DNA from: Podarcis gaigeae
Lineage: Eukaryota
Strand: one strand, 5' to 3'
Length of the DNA: 64,000 bases
Assembly: GCA_964106915.2 (NCBI GenBank)
Contig: OZ066914.1
A model generated the notes under the pieces. The model was given only the letters and a program-made list of their open reading frames with translations, made no database searches and was not told the origin of the DNA. The translations under genes were made by a program, and so were the position numbers. Numbering within the stretch: the stretch's first letter is position 1; each line of letters begins with the position of its first letter. Positions 10,717 to 25,352 of this stretch are shown piece by piece.

Positions 10717-13299
10717 ATCTAGAATAAGAAGTATGATTTTCTTCTTCTTCAAAACTATTGTTTCATAGTCATTCACAAAATTATGCTAGTTTTATTAGCT
10801 TGATGGTGGAGATTTAAACTAATGTTGATGTCTAAAAATATTGTAATGATTACAAACATTTGTTTAACTGGATGGCAGCAGCATACAAAATTTACTTAAT
10901 ATAGTACTGCTGTAAACGCTTTCTTCTTACTCATTTTTTTTTGAGGGGGGAGAGGATCCATTGCAATAGCCCTTCTTTTCCAAGTAAGGGCACCCAGACC
11001 GAGGGAACATCCCATGGCCAGTTCTAAATGGTATTTTAAAAACAGGGAGGGACGGGAAAATAAGGGCAAGATGACATGCAGCAAAGGTAACTCTGTAAAT
11101 TCTTAAAATGGTTTATTGGAAAATGCCCTGATTCAATACACTTCATGTTTGTACTTGCACAAAAACCTCTGGTTTGAAGGAGTTTCGTTAGTGTAGATGT
11201 AGCTCCTTTAAATCAGAAATTGAGGGTGAGAAGCAGTCAAGAGGTAGGTAGCAGAAATAGCAAGAGACAATATTCTTGTTAGGAAACTTAAAGTGGGTGA
11301 ACTGAGTGCAAGATGAAGCAATTCAAAGTGAAACTCCCTGACCTGGACATTTTTTTTAGACCCAAGTGTCGTATTTTATTTTGGATTTTAAAGCAGATAC
11401 ACTTTAAACTCAAAGTGGAGCTTTACTGATCCAGTTATTCTTATGAGGTTTTTGCTGCAGGGTTGACTTTCATAAACTGTATGGCTACAAAACATTATCC
11501 ATTTTTGAATGTACATGCCATGAGAAAACTGTTTTAACTACACAAGTTGCAAAAGAACCCAACAATCAGATCTTTAAAATACAGTTTGGCAAAGCAATCA
11601 AGGCAGAGGGAAACAACCCATGTAACAAGGTAACTTTGATATACTCGATTCAATTGTTGGTGCAGCACCCCAATTGGCACAAATGCCCTGCCAGCACCAA
11701 GAGTGCAACCAATGCATTTGTCTGCTTTTAAAATCTGTACGCAGATGTATGCTAAGGCCATCATATCAAGACAGTCCCACCCCCAGAAAAACAAAGCCAA
11801 CCCTCAAATGCTTTAAAATGGAAACAATTCTTAAAACACTCTGAAATACCTGTATATAGACCGATTGGTATAAGAAGCAGCGTAACAGGATCGTAATAAG
11901 GTCTTATATTAAAAGCAGGAAATTATTCATGCACCTCAATCCTTTGCATATTCCTATGGGCGTAATTCATACAATTCAGTGCAGCTTACTCCCAAAGTCA
12001 AATGTGCACAGAATTGTAGCCATAGCCTTATTTATTTGGGTCTCCATTAATTTTTTACAGAAAACCAATGCAGGGCGGAGGAGGAGATAACGTAGGCTTT
12101 TAATGTTCACGTAGGTAATAACCAGTGTTTTTCTTTTTTCTTTTAAACAGTGCATTTAAAGAAACACCATTTTTAAAAAGGCATTCACCCAAACTGAAAA
12201 TGTGATACAATATGGGCTCAATTCAGTCCACTATGGGAACAGTGTTCGCATGTGGAGAGATCACCACCTCAGAACGTAACAGTGCTGTTCCCTCTGAACA
12301 TTTGGAGGCAACACTTAGGGTCATTACAAGGGATGGACACCTCTGTGCTATACCTCTGGCCAGCCTTCCCACCTCTGCTTGCCCAAAGAACGCATTCTCA
12401 GATCTTGCATTTTTTGGCCAGGTGGGAAATGTGAGATCTGCACTCGTAATAAACTAGGTGAAGCCCAACGTAAACTGTTCCTTTTTGGTGCTTCTCTTTG
12501 CTATGAGTACAAATTAAGAAAACCACTGATAAAATCCACCATAGTTATTTCTTGTGTAGGCATTATCTGAGTGTGAACCAGTTGCAGGCACCAGCAAGTA
12601 AAACTTAAGGAAGTTGGCACCATTCAGATAGCATTTTTACTAGACAGCATAACAAAAAAGACTCTCTATCAAACGGACTAGTAGACAAAAGTATTTTTGC
12701 AGCCTGAGAAGATAATGAAGGTTTAGGATTCTTTCCACTGTGTGGATCTTTACTTTTTACTAGATTGTCAAAGAGGACTTAGGGGGAGGCGGGAAGTTCC
12801 CAAAGGCTTTAAAACTAATTTATTTTCTTTCTGAAATGCTAAAAGCATAATCTCATTTACTAGGGAAAATACATTTGAGTGCCATTGCAGCGATCCACCA
12901 TAAAATGCAAATATCTTCAAGCAGTTAAATGGTCTGGTCAATAATGTTACTAGAGAATAAAGAGCATTCTAGTCTAGATCTACATATTTCAGTGCATTCA
13001 TGGCAATTAATACTTTAATGAGGACATAAAAGGAACTTGTAAAACTTTTAAGAAATGTTTTTTTCCTAATGCCTTCTCTTTCATGCAGATGAATATGCAG
13101 TACATGTAATCAAGACATAAAAAGTACTGTAAAAGGCTCCATTGGGCTATAGCATAAAATGTGGCAGATCATGCTGCCAGTTCGGTGCCCAGTACTGAAG
13201 CAATCACTCAGGCCGAACTCAATGAAACTGCAATGATATCCACACTTGCTTGGTGTGTCCTCTTTACAATACATAACTAGAGCAGAAATCACTACCAAA

Positions 13300-13560
13300 G
13301 GATTTGGGGGTGGCTGCCTCTGGGATGAATTTCAAAAAAAGAGAGAACTAGGCAGCTTCATAGAGAAGTCTATGAACGGCTACCAGCCAGGGTAGCAAAA
13401 TGGAAGATTCATGTTCAGAGGCAGTGTACCTCTGAAAATCACATGTTGTAGGGAAGCCCATCACCTTCATGTCCTATCTGGCTTGCAAGAACAACTAAAC
13501 ATTGTAGGAAACTGAATGCAGGACTCGACGCACTCAGTAAGGAAATTCTTATGTTCTTAA
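13300..13560 (+). mobile_element. CR1 LINE 3' end fragment
   Basis: Ends in the TTCTTATGTTCTTA tail; related 3' ends at 34828-34902 (+), 39712-39890 (-) and 42092-42322 (-). Confidence 0.65.
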
Positions 13561-14830
13561 TGCCCTTGGACTTAACTTCTGGGTTAATTGCACAGGGCTG
13601 CACTCAGCATAATTCCCCTTGCAGGGAAGCAGTTTCTGCAGTTTCCTCCTTTCGTGCTCCTTCAAAGTCCATTCTGGAAGGGCAGAGGACTCTCCAGAAC
13701 AGAATGAGAAGACACATGGCGGGCTACAAGCGAAAGGGGCAATTGGCTAATTTGCCTTCTCCACTCCTTCCTCCAGGCAGGGAGCTTCTGATGGATCTGG
13801 GTGCCTTCCATGAATGGAATCCCTTCCATTCATGGAGGGGACTCTCTGGATTTACTCCATAGCACTGAGGGCTAAGGCTGAGTTGATCAAAGACTACAAA
13901 TATGTCCCTCACCTTATGTTCTCTTGCCCTGTTCCTTGTTTTAGCTATTCAGACATCTATTATCTGCCTGTTTCCAAATAGTGAAGTATTAACTCCACTT
14001 GTAGCCTTAGAAGAATCTTCCTCAGCAACTCTACTTTGGGCTGTACGTTACGCTTTAAAATCATTCATATTATGAATATTGGATGAACTTGGTTTTCAGA
14101 CCCTCACACCAAGAGTTACTCAAGGGGGATAAATAAAAGAAGCATTTTAGTCAATTTGCCCCAAGCAGACTGCAAGCCAAACATTTCGGGGCAAATTGCT
14201 TTTGAAACCTATTTTAACGGTGACTCTTGTAAAGAAAACATAAGGGGAAAACTAAGACTTACATTTTCAACAGTTAATTTTGATGTTAAAAAGTAGGAGT
14301 GCCATCTTCTAAAGAGTGATCCTACTCTGTTTTCCTTCTAAAAACATAACTTGTAAATCTTTGAGTTGCAATTACAGGTTAGATTTATTTGAATATTTCT
14401 AAAAATATAATCTCTGGTTGTAATGCATAATCCACATAGACTTTCTCCCTCGTTTATCAGGTTGTTGCTTTCACTTGTGAGAAACAGACACAATTTGTGG
14501 CAAATGTTTCCATGTTGCTTGGTGAAGTGCAGGTTTTTATAACACGGAAAGCATAGTTTATAGTATTTGTTATGTGGCTGGATATGCCCCATGCAAGGGC
14601 GAAGGGACACAATGGAGTGGTAATTGGAGCATTTGTGTGCTTTTTGGCACAGCACTGAAGGGGAAAGCTCAGAGCCAAGAGGAACTGTAGAAGAAAATGA
14701 TGCTTTCAATTTGTCCTCCATACTTAAAATGCACAAATATTACACAATGCAACCATGCACTAGTTTCTATCCAAGTTGGTACTAATATAATTCCACTAAT
14801 ATTTTACTCTGGCTTGAGATTCTTCCAGTG

Positions 14831-14903
14831 GTTTAAAAGCTGATGAGCATAGTTGAAATTTATAAGTTTAAAAGCTGATGAGCATAGTTGAAATTTATAA
14901 GTT
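14831..14903. repeat. Perfect 35-bp tandem duplication
   Basis: GTTTAAAAGCTGATGAGCATAGTTGAAATTTATAA occurs twice, followed by GTT. Confidence 0.95.
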
Positions 14904-15060
14904 GGACAGTTTTACGGTTCTGATCAGCAGGATAATTGTGACCAGAAGGTGACAGAATGACAATAAATTGGCGTGATTCAGGTTATTAGAGCTGAGAGAT
15001 GTACAAGGCTCTTGCCCTTTTCTCTGTCCTTTGCAGCAATTAGACATGGATGTGTCCAAC

Positions 15061-15220
15061 TAATCACAGTTTCCTGTTTTGTCTGACCCAGGAAAACCTG
15101 GTTAGGAGGTTTGGAATAAGCCAGGAAACACAGGGTTTGGAAGTGTCTTAAGATCCTGGCTTGTTCATAACCTGGTAACCACAGTTTCTGCAGTTCAGAT
15201 GAAATGGAAAACTGTGATTA
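15061..15220. repeat. Fold-back (palindromic MITE-like) element
   Basis: Nested inverted arms TAATCACAGTTT/AAACTGTGATTA and AAGCCAGGA/TCCTGGCTT. Confidence 0.7.
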
Positions 15221-18200
15221 ATTGGAGGGTTTCAGGTTTAAATTGCTATAAAGGGATGAGTGAAGGATACATATGCACAGAGAAAATTATTATGCACATC
15301 TCAGCATTTTGGTATGTGGCCATTTTTAAGTGTTGTTTTTCTAGGTTTGAGAACAGTGAAAGTACTAATGCAAGGAGTCCTGTTTTTAAAATCCCAGAAT
15401 GAAAAATGATAAATCTTTATAACAAAATTAATTTACTTATACTGGGTAAAAGGCATGCGTGCCATTGTAAGACATAGGTCTGACAGCAAGAAAAGTGCCA
15501 TTTTAAAAAGCAAATAAAGCAGAAAATGAAAACAAGTGTTCATTTGACACAAGGCAGCAAAATATCTGAAGTATTGAAATCACCAGTTATATAATTTTAT
15601 AGTGAAAAGTATAGGCACAATTCCTAGGTTTGTAGCAAGACTGCTGAAAAAGGTCATTTTGATGAGGAAAACTTTCAAGTTTGCCTACAGTCCAGACCTA
15701 TAAAAATCCATGTTTCCCTCCAGCCAGTTAGAAATAATCACACTATCAATAAACATATATTTCCCAAAGGGCATTTCCAGACAATACTCTTTTGTGCAGC
15801 CACTGCACAGCTACTCATTTCCTTCAGGGTATCCTGATATTTTTTCTTAACAAAACCACTTCAGCTGTTGGCATATCTCATTTTCCCTGCACTCAAAGCA
15901 CAGTGTTTTGTTGCAGGCAAAAACAAGATTCTTCCCCCAGCTAGCCTATCAATTACAATACCAAGTGCGGTATAGAATTTGGCAGAACAAATTTCAGTGG
16001 CACAAACAGAGGGACAGAGCCTTTAATAGGAGTAGTGATAAATAACAACTTCTCCATCTTCCAGATTTCCATCATTTCGTGGATTTTTTAGAAAGTTTAA
16101 ATTTTCTAAGTTACTCTCTTTTATGGAGGCCCTGAGCTTCCTCTTTAACAGCTCAATCAAAACAACATGTATACTCAGAAGTAAGTCCCACTGTGTTGGG
16201 TAGGGCTTTTGTCCTAGTGTGTTCAGGACTGCAGCCTAAAGTGCCCTTAAAAAAGTATGTTTGCGCAAAGCTTCCCTCAAGGAAGAGCAATGAATTAAAA
16301 CCAAGGGAGGTTTAACTTCAAGCTTCCAGGACTAAGCCAGAAAAATTCACGGTACATTCTAAGTCTAGGTGATTCCTTTCAGAACTAACGTTTCTTATAC
16401 AGTACGTGCCTTATCTGTGTTCAACAGTGAACTCTGTCACAGTTAGTAGTTCCAATAATCATATGGCTCTTTGAGACTGATTTTATAAATTCTATATATA
16501 TAATTTAGTAACACACACACACACACACTATTCACATTTCAGTCTAGGAATCAGACATGTACATTATTTTATATTTAGTTACTCCTGAAGAACTATCCCT
16601 AGTGAGTAAGAAGCTCTTGGAAATTATTTCAGCTTAGACCTAGAAACTCAACTTTGCACAGACATAGAAACCACCTGATTCTTCCCTGGAGCATCTTGAT
16701 ATAGGTATTTTGTACCATTTCCACTACATCAGTGGTGACTAACCAGGGCCACTCCAGATGTTGCTGAATTGCAATGCAAATCCCATCAGCCCCAGCCAGC
16801 ATGGTCAATGGCCAAGGATGATGGGAGTTGTAGTTCAACATTATGGAGGGCTATGGTTAGCCACCCTATCCTACAGCAAATTCTCACTATTTCTTGTACC
16901 TTTAGCACCCCTCTTTTCTTTTAAAGTTTGTGTGTGCTTCCTGTCTCTAGCACTGCAGCGCACCTCTCTTAAAAAGGGAGGTAAACAGCTACCCCTCAGC
17001 AGCTTTCCTTGTATGGAGCTGAGATTAGAAGAACCACAAGTATTACACTCAGAATACCGTCCCCCTTTTAGAATTGTCTGGAAAAGACCTAAAATTTTGG
17101 TTTTTAATGTATTCCACACTGCCGCATTCCAATGGTTACTTTAACATTGTTAAAAGATTTGGAGAAAATAAACATTTCCATTGCCCTATTATAAATATCC
17201 AAAGTTGTAGAGCACATGCTATTGTTAGGCAGAGTGAGGCAGCTGCATCAGGCATCAGATACTGTGGGATGGAGGTGCCCTTGAATATTCTTCCTCAGTT
17301 CCCTGGCCATTCCCCTCTGCTGGGGATCAGAATTATGTGTGCCAAATTACCAGTCATGCACCCCCTAAACTAGCAGTAGAGGATACTGTCACGTTGCCAG
17401 TGCCCAGTCAGCTGGGAGGAACCATCTTGTTCTTTGCCTCAGCAAAATGTCTTTGGCCAACCTTCTGCGTGGATGCTATGATATTCGGTCATTCATAGAG
17501 TGATTCATCTATAGAGCTTCTACATGTATGGGTGTCCCCACTCATTTCAATGAAGAACCAGCCTTGTACACACAAAGAACATGTGTGTGTGTGCAGACCT
17601 TCCTTTTACACTTAAATGCATGAGGAGAACCAAACCCAAGCAGGAACTCTGCATATGTACTGCAGCACAAATGGAATCTGGATCAAGATGGAAGACTGTA
17701 AGGCATGACTTTATATAGGGTTTTTGATGAAGTATTTTTTGCTGTATGTGAGAGGTGATGCATTCAGACCAGGAAAAAATAGCTTCAAACGTCATACTTT
17801 ATAACACAATATAGAAAATGGTTTGTCATTCTCCAGAAAGCGCCTGAGAACAAGTCCTCAAATTTTAGGGGCATCCTCACTAAAGCACTGCTCCTGAAGT
17901 GCTTCAGTTGGAATTATCTTTGTTCATTTTTTGTGCAAAACCGTCATGCCACTATGGTCTGTTGACAAATCACTGAGCAATGTGCTCTTAAATCTTTGGT
18001 AGGAAAAATGATGATACCATAGTTCTTCTGGATATATTAATACACACGTTGAAGCCCTAGTATGAATGCATCTTCTTTTTCCTCCCTGTGAGTGCAAGGC
18101 CAATTTGTTGTTGACCCAAGTAGAACATTAAGATGGTTATGAGCTTTGTGCCTGATACAGATTATTAGTAGTGCTTAAGCATTGTTAGCCAACGAAATAA

Positions 18201-19321
18201 ACAATAACCAAATTCCCAAAGTGTCCACATCTTCCAACGAGTGAACAAGCCCTGCTCACACCTTCACAAGACCTGGGTGCAGGGAGAGGGGATCAGGGCT
18301 CTACACATGTAGAACTGTACATGCAATTAGGGACTTGGATTGCGCCAGAAGAGCCTTCAGCAAAACAGCCACACCTTATGCTTAGCATGTGATAGCCGAG
18401 GCAGGGCCAGCTAGCAAAATCCCACGCATCCACTTCACACACTTCAGAGGTGTGACTGGGATTAAAGGAGCATGTTTCCAGGACAGTGAATGTGTGCCCA
18501 CATCCTCCACCACTACCACATTAAAAATGGTTAGGCTTCTTCACTCCTAGTTTATTTAAAGTTCCTGAAATAGTTCTATATTGTCATTAGCAAAATGCAA
18601 AAAAACTATCGACATCATACAGTTTGCTGCAATGCATATGCTGGGTGGAGAGAGAAAAAACTCATCCCATACAGATCGCTCATCGTTTTTGGCACTATTG
18701 ACTGCTTACATTTGGTTAATCTGAAATAAATACATTAAAATTGTTTTATTTTTATCCGTATTTATCTATCTATATAAATTCACCTTCTGATAAACAAGTT
18801 CTATAGCTTTTATTTATTTTGCTTATAATGGTTTCATTATTCTTCATTATTTTATTTTATTTTATTTTTAAACTGACCGCAACATGCTCAGGTTGACTTT
18901 CCAGTCAATTTCGCCCAAATTCCAACAGGAATTGGTTTATAAATTGGTTCCAACTGGAACTGGTCATTTGGAATTTCCAGTGCAGGAAATCATTTTATAT
19001 GCGCTTCAACAGGTAATCCTAAATTACAAATTGATGTGTCTAATAGTGTCTAATGAAGAGAAAAGGTACTGATTCTAAAATTAAATCTCTACACTGGAAA
19101 TAAAACACATCTAAAGTGACTGGGCAAACTATCTTCTTCCTAAACATATGAAGGGCATGATCTGTATGTTTCACCCCTTTTTATATAGCATTAAACGGTG
19201 GCAGCCTGTAAGCATAGTAAAAACCATGCCGCAGCTGCCGAATCAAGTTGATTCGTTTGGCCTAGCTATGTTATGGCAAGTTGGCAACGGACGAGTACCA
19301 TTTCCCCCCAGGTTCTTGTAT

Positions 19322-19582
<261 letters not shown>

Positions 19583-22500
19583 CTATAAATAGTAAAGAAT
19601 TCAAGGTTTTTTTAAAAAAAACAACAACAACAACAACGGGGTGTGAGGGGAGTTGGGAGAAACAATTTCATTTCGCTCCTTCTGAATTAGTTGCATTCTT
19701 GTTCTGAGAGGGCCTTCAGAATCCATATGCTCCCATCATTCATTTAAGAGACATTTGGCTGCTATTTTGTATACTTGGGAATACAGTCTGGTTTCAAAGC
19801 TGATGTGAGAAAACAGTGGAGCGTGATGTCTTCTATACGACATTATTTTAAAACATTTGGCAGGGAGAAGGGATTCTCAACAGGAGGCTCAGGATTCAGG
19901 TTCAGGATACATTGCCTGATGAGGAATTTTAAGACTTGTATTTTTAGTCTGTGATCTTTTGGAAATTCAAAATAAGACCTCCTCCAAAATGCAGCTCTTA
20001 ACACACTTTCTTGTTCAGCATATACTAATAGAGCTTACCCTTCCTTCAATTGCAATTCTCATCCTATTCTTCATAGGCTTCATCAATATTTTTATTATTA
20101 TTTCTGAACTACTTTACCCAAATGAAATTTAAGACCATCGGATATATGGAATGTTTCACTGGTGCTGTTTTCCCTCTGTTTAACTCTCCACACTGGATTG
20201 AAGTGGGTAAAATAGCTAAGCTGTTATTTTTGTAGTCAATTCAATGGTCAGTAGCAGCTAGTAGGCATACTGCAGGCATTTTTTTTTCAAGGTAGTCAGA
20301 GTACTTTCTTTGCAGAGATCATTAGCTTCCTTGGAAAACTATAATGAGTTCCCAAGGTCCTATGGCAGGAAGCAACACTAGTCATACTGGCTTGAAACTT
20401 GTTTAAATACGTAGAACACCCACACTCTTATTGTGTTCTGCCTAGAATTGAACCTCAGCCTCATGCAATCATACCCACTGTAGCAACGTCTTCTGTTAAT
20501 TACTCAGAAGACCTTGAAATGTGGCTCCTGCAGTGTCCCAGCCCATTGTTAGCATGGATGAAGTTGACTCAGTATTTAAACAAAGTGGGCCCTTATCTAG
20601 ACTCCCTTACACCTAACAGAATCCTATTTAGACTGCGTCACCAGTCACTGCAACATATCTCAGATCGATACATACTAGCTTAAGTTTATATATATATGCC
20701 TAAATGGTATGTGCCTAAATAATTTGCTTTGTCCACATCCTTTTGGATTTGCATAGCATCAAAGTTCAAGAGAAGGGGCTAACCAACACAAAGACACTGG
20801 AAAATGAAACATTTTCACATAAAAAAACAAGCGTGTGTGCACAAAACTCAAACTGTTGCTTACGCAGTCAACCAGTCACTAAGCAGAAACAACACCATGT
20901 GACAAAGCTGGCCTTACAAAATCAAACATAAATTTGAAATTTAGATACTTCGGCATACATGCATTGGGGGTGGGGACGACAGCACTTCAACAGTGATACG
21001 AGTGTATCTTATGTTGTGAACCGCCTTTGCTCTTCAGATGAAGGGCGACATACAAATTTAATTAATAATAATAATAATAATAATATTAAGGAAAAAAGTG
21101 ATTGTTGATCTAATTTTCCGGAATGTTGCTCTTGCTAAGCTCTTCAGCTGACATACAGTGGAAAGTGTACACATATCAAAAGCCACACAAATGTGCCAAG
21201 CTCTTTAGTGAAATTGATCTCTGTGCACATCTTGGTCTTGCATTTACAAACATACAGAACTCGTACTGAAAAGACATATTTTTCTCCAAATTTAGTAAAG
21301 CACGTACTTCTCATTAAGGACTATTTACATGCCACGTTTGAAGTTTCAAAGGCCAGCCGTTTTTGAGCTATCCCTGTGGAAAAAAATGGTCAGAATCTTT
21401 TTATAATGGGAATAATATTTTATCCATCATTAAAAAAAAAATCAAACAGATGAATGAATTTTGCTAAGGTGTTGCCTCTGGGGAGAAACAAGGCAAATGG
21501 GAGAGAATTTCCGTCTTATAACTTTTGTGAACTGGTCAACATATGAAAAATGAATGAAAACTATTCAGCAAGCTTAACTATAGCAGCAGTTAGTGGCGTA
21601 TATTTATATAACTCACTTATCTTCTAAGAACATTCTGTGCAGCTTTTTCATGCTAAAAATGCAAAGGTAATTATGTCCATTGCTCTTGATGTCTGCACAG
21701 TAGCATTAGCATCATAGATATTCTGTTGCATTCAAACAGAACTACCCAATGTGAAGTCTACTTAATTAACTGGAATTTCTTATTTTCTTGACTATGGCCA
21801 AATACATTACTCATTGGCTGTAGCATGGTGACGACTTGTCTTTGGGAATGAGCCATCTCAGACTGATCAGCTAGCTAGACAGAATTTCCGTATCACTTGA
21901 ACGCACGACACTAGGACTGGACTGCAAGGAATGCATTTATGGATCAGCCCCAGTTGGTTCTGTTTTGCTAATGTTTGCCAGTGAAGCATTTGCCACTGAA
22001 AACACACAATGAGAACATCCCCAAGCCCTGGGTGGAGGACTCAAATTTGAATGTGGAGAGGTGTGCACACATATCCAATATGAGATAATACTGTGCACAA
22101 AGTAATGGAAATACCCTCATTTGTAGGTATGGGGCAGCTGTTGTGCATACATTTATTTTATTTTTATTTACACAGGGTCCAATGTGTATGTGTGTGATAT
22201 ATAGATAGATTCCATTCCACCCTTGCTGCAGATATGTGGGATTGTTACATGCCACATGTCTGTTTACATTCCAGCACAGATTACTGGAGTCCCGTGAGTG
22301 GAACATCCGCTCTGTATTGCTTTTGTTTCCTCTCTCTCCGAGAGGAACAACAGGGGGAGAGGCCATGTTTTTATTTGTCCTGATTTATGTATAATAAATG
22401 CGTAGTTTAGTATACTGTTGTGTGTTTACTCTGTTGAGTAATGTGTGCTCTTGCATGCACAGCAGCATGAGTCGCAGACGCATGTCGGAGGAGGATGACT

Positions 22501-22652
22501 GACAGATCTCTGCAGCGGCAAGGCTGAGAAGGGAGACATTCCGGCTGGGGCCAAGCCAGTTGGCTTTCCATCCCACGGTTTGATATGGACGAACCACTTT
22601 ATACATCATCATGAAGCTGATCTGCACTGCTGGCAAAAGCATGGATTCATAC

Positions 22653-22838
22653 CTGTAATCCAGAGATTGCAGTAGGGTAAGGGGATAGTGCAGTGGAGCC
22701 TAAGTTTCTTCCAAGCAAAGGTGTCATGGGGGTGCTACTTGTGGTGTGTGTGGCACGCCAGTAGGCCTCAAGATATTCTGCCAAGTGTTCACAAGCATCT
22801 TCAAGCTGATTTTCATCCAGAATGACATCAAACATTTC
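22653..22838 (-). CDS. CACNB4: CACNB4 exon 13 (186 nt)
   Basis: [37 protein letters not shown]; AG/GT boundaries. Confidence 0.97.
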
Positions 22839-23658
22839 CTGTTCAGAAGAAAGCATGGCATCAAACTTTTCAGCTCTGAACAGCTAGACAATGGAGGGTG
22901 ATAGCCAACATAGTCGGCCCACTGATTTCAATAGGTCCAACTCTGGAGTATATGACTTAGTTGAATATCACCCAGAAGTCTTTGCAAACACTGTCAACTT
23001 TAACAGTTTTCATTTGTTCCTCTCACCCGTTTTGGCCTCCTCCACCACTAAAAAGCATCTCCCACCTTTTCATAGCCTCAGAGTCCATCACAAACCAGAG
23101 TGGGAAAAGACTGTCTGGACACAAGTTTGTAAATGAAAATTATTCATTTATAAGAAAACGGGGGTGGGGGAGATGCCATTATTCAATTCAAATGTTTTGA
23201 TTGCAAATGGATTGTTGCTATACTGCACAACATAATGAGCAAGTATATGGCACACAATTAATGCTTGCTTTTGACCTTAATTTATTTCAGCAGCAGGCAT
23301 GGGTTTTCCCTTCCCTTCAGCTCAACAAGCACAAATCACTGGAAAATGATTCAGTGACAGAAAGGCAATACACTGGACCTCGTAATGTAAACCTGAGAGG
23401 GCTTTATTCTAGTGGTGCCAATTTCTCCAGTACTGGGTGGGAAAGAAGTGGGTTGTTACTGTAACCCTAGATGCCTTAGCACATCACTAAGCATGATGAA
23501 CAATGGGAGGAGGTGGAAAGATGAGTGCTTCTCTTCGTGAGACTTGTGACCTCTCTTCTAACACATTCAGGGTCTGATCACTTGCTATTTATAGCCCGTT
23601 CAGTAAGGATGGGTACCGTTGTTAAAACAATGTTACAGCAATACAACAGCTTTTGCTA

Positions 23659-23853
<195 letters not shown>

Positions 23854-25054
23854 TCAGACTGCATAGCAAGGAGGTAAATTTTGGAGGCGTATCAGCTTCC
23901 ACATATTAAACTACTGGTTTGTGATGGTCACTGTGTGAGTGGCTATTGTATATATCGTGGCACGGACAGCTGAGGTTGTGTACCTGTCAGCCATTATCTA
24001 TAGGGACTCTGTGGTTCTCCAGGTGCTGCTGTTCGACTCCAGTTCCCATCAGTCCCAGCCCGCATGGCCATTGGTAAGGGATGATGGGAGTTGCAGTCCA
24101 ACAACATCTGGAGGGTGTTTTTGCTAGCAAACGAAAAGATACATTCTAATGTTAGTGGGGAACATGTCGAGTACATAGGTATAAAGTAATGCTTCATCAT
24201 GGCAACAATTCCTTATAGGTTTAAAATGATTGTAAGTTACTTAACTATTTTGGATCAGCCCAATTGCATGGATACCCACCATGCTAGCAAACCCTAAGGA
24301 CGGGCTACATTGGTAAGCAGCTTACAAACATAATTCCAGTGTAGAATCAGAAGTATTTTTCATTAGCCTCCTGGTTGGGTACTATAATGTTTGAATAGGC
24401 CACAGCTCTTGTCCTAGAAAAGGCAAAATTAAGACAGAAAAAAAAGTGGGGTAAAGACATATGGACCTGAAAAAAAGGAACTGAAATGGCTGTCCCAAGC
24501 ATCTTTCGCAGCAAAAATTCTGTTTCTCTGGCCTGATTAGGAGCTCACGTCTCCACAGTTATCTGGGAAGCCCACTTCACACAGTGATCATCAGGCCCTG
24601 CCAAGCACAAGCAGAATGCAAGGTAAACAGAGGCATTTTTGTGGGACCAGAAGGGAGGTGAACATCCTATGATACTCAGTTGCTGCACACGATCAGCAAG
24701 ATTCTGGCGACAGACAAAGGCTTAGGTCAAGATTCAATGAAGTTGATGCATATGCAGAAACACAGAAATGGGACTTCACTCCCTCCCCCTAACCCCTGAA
24801 ACACCCTAAGTCCACTTTGGAGAGGTGGGGGAACCCCCTGAATATGTTTATAGCGTGTGCAGGGGGTATGCGGGGAGAAAGGTGTGCAAACATCCTGTTG
24901 TGCAAGTGGACTTCATTCCCTGAACGCACACCCTAGTTAGTGCTACATTAACTTCCTCAATGTGTTTTAAAGAAAATTAGCATAAAAAGGAGGAGCGTTC
25001 TTTTCGGAAGAATATGAAGTGTATTCAAGATGAAATATTTTAAAGACAAAGCTA

Positions 25055-25318
<264 letters not shown>

Positions 25319-25352
25319 TCAAAACCTGCGGTCCCTTGTCATTTTTATTTAT

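Larger units (their letters stand above)
12800..19321 (-). other. CACNB4: Probable long CACNB4 3' UTR; distal end not determinable
   Basis: AT-rich sequence downstream of the stop with several minus-strand AATAAA (plus TTTATT, e.g. ~18745-18860, 12819, 12029, 11112). Extent is inferred from the long UTR of orthologs. Confidence 0.4.

Noticed and set aside
14840-14923. C/D snoRNA-like TGATGA ... CTGA
   Set aside because: The C box lacks the leading purine, the length depends on the recent duplication, and there is no plus-strand host intron or recognisable guide.
18970-18992. CAGTGC iron-responsive-element-like loop
   Set aside because: It is on the non-coding strand and the stem register does not give a CAGUGN loop with a bulged C.
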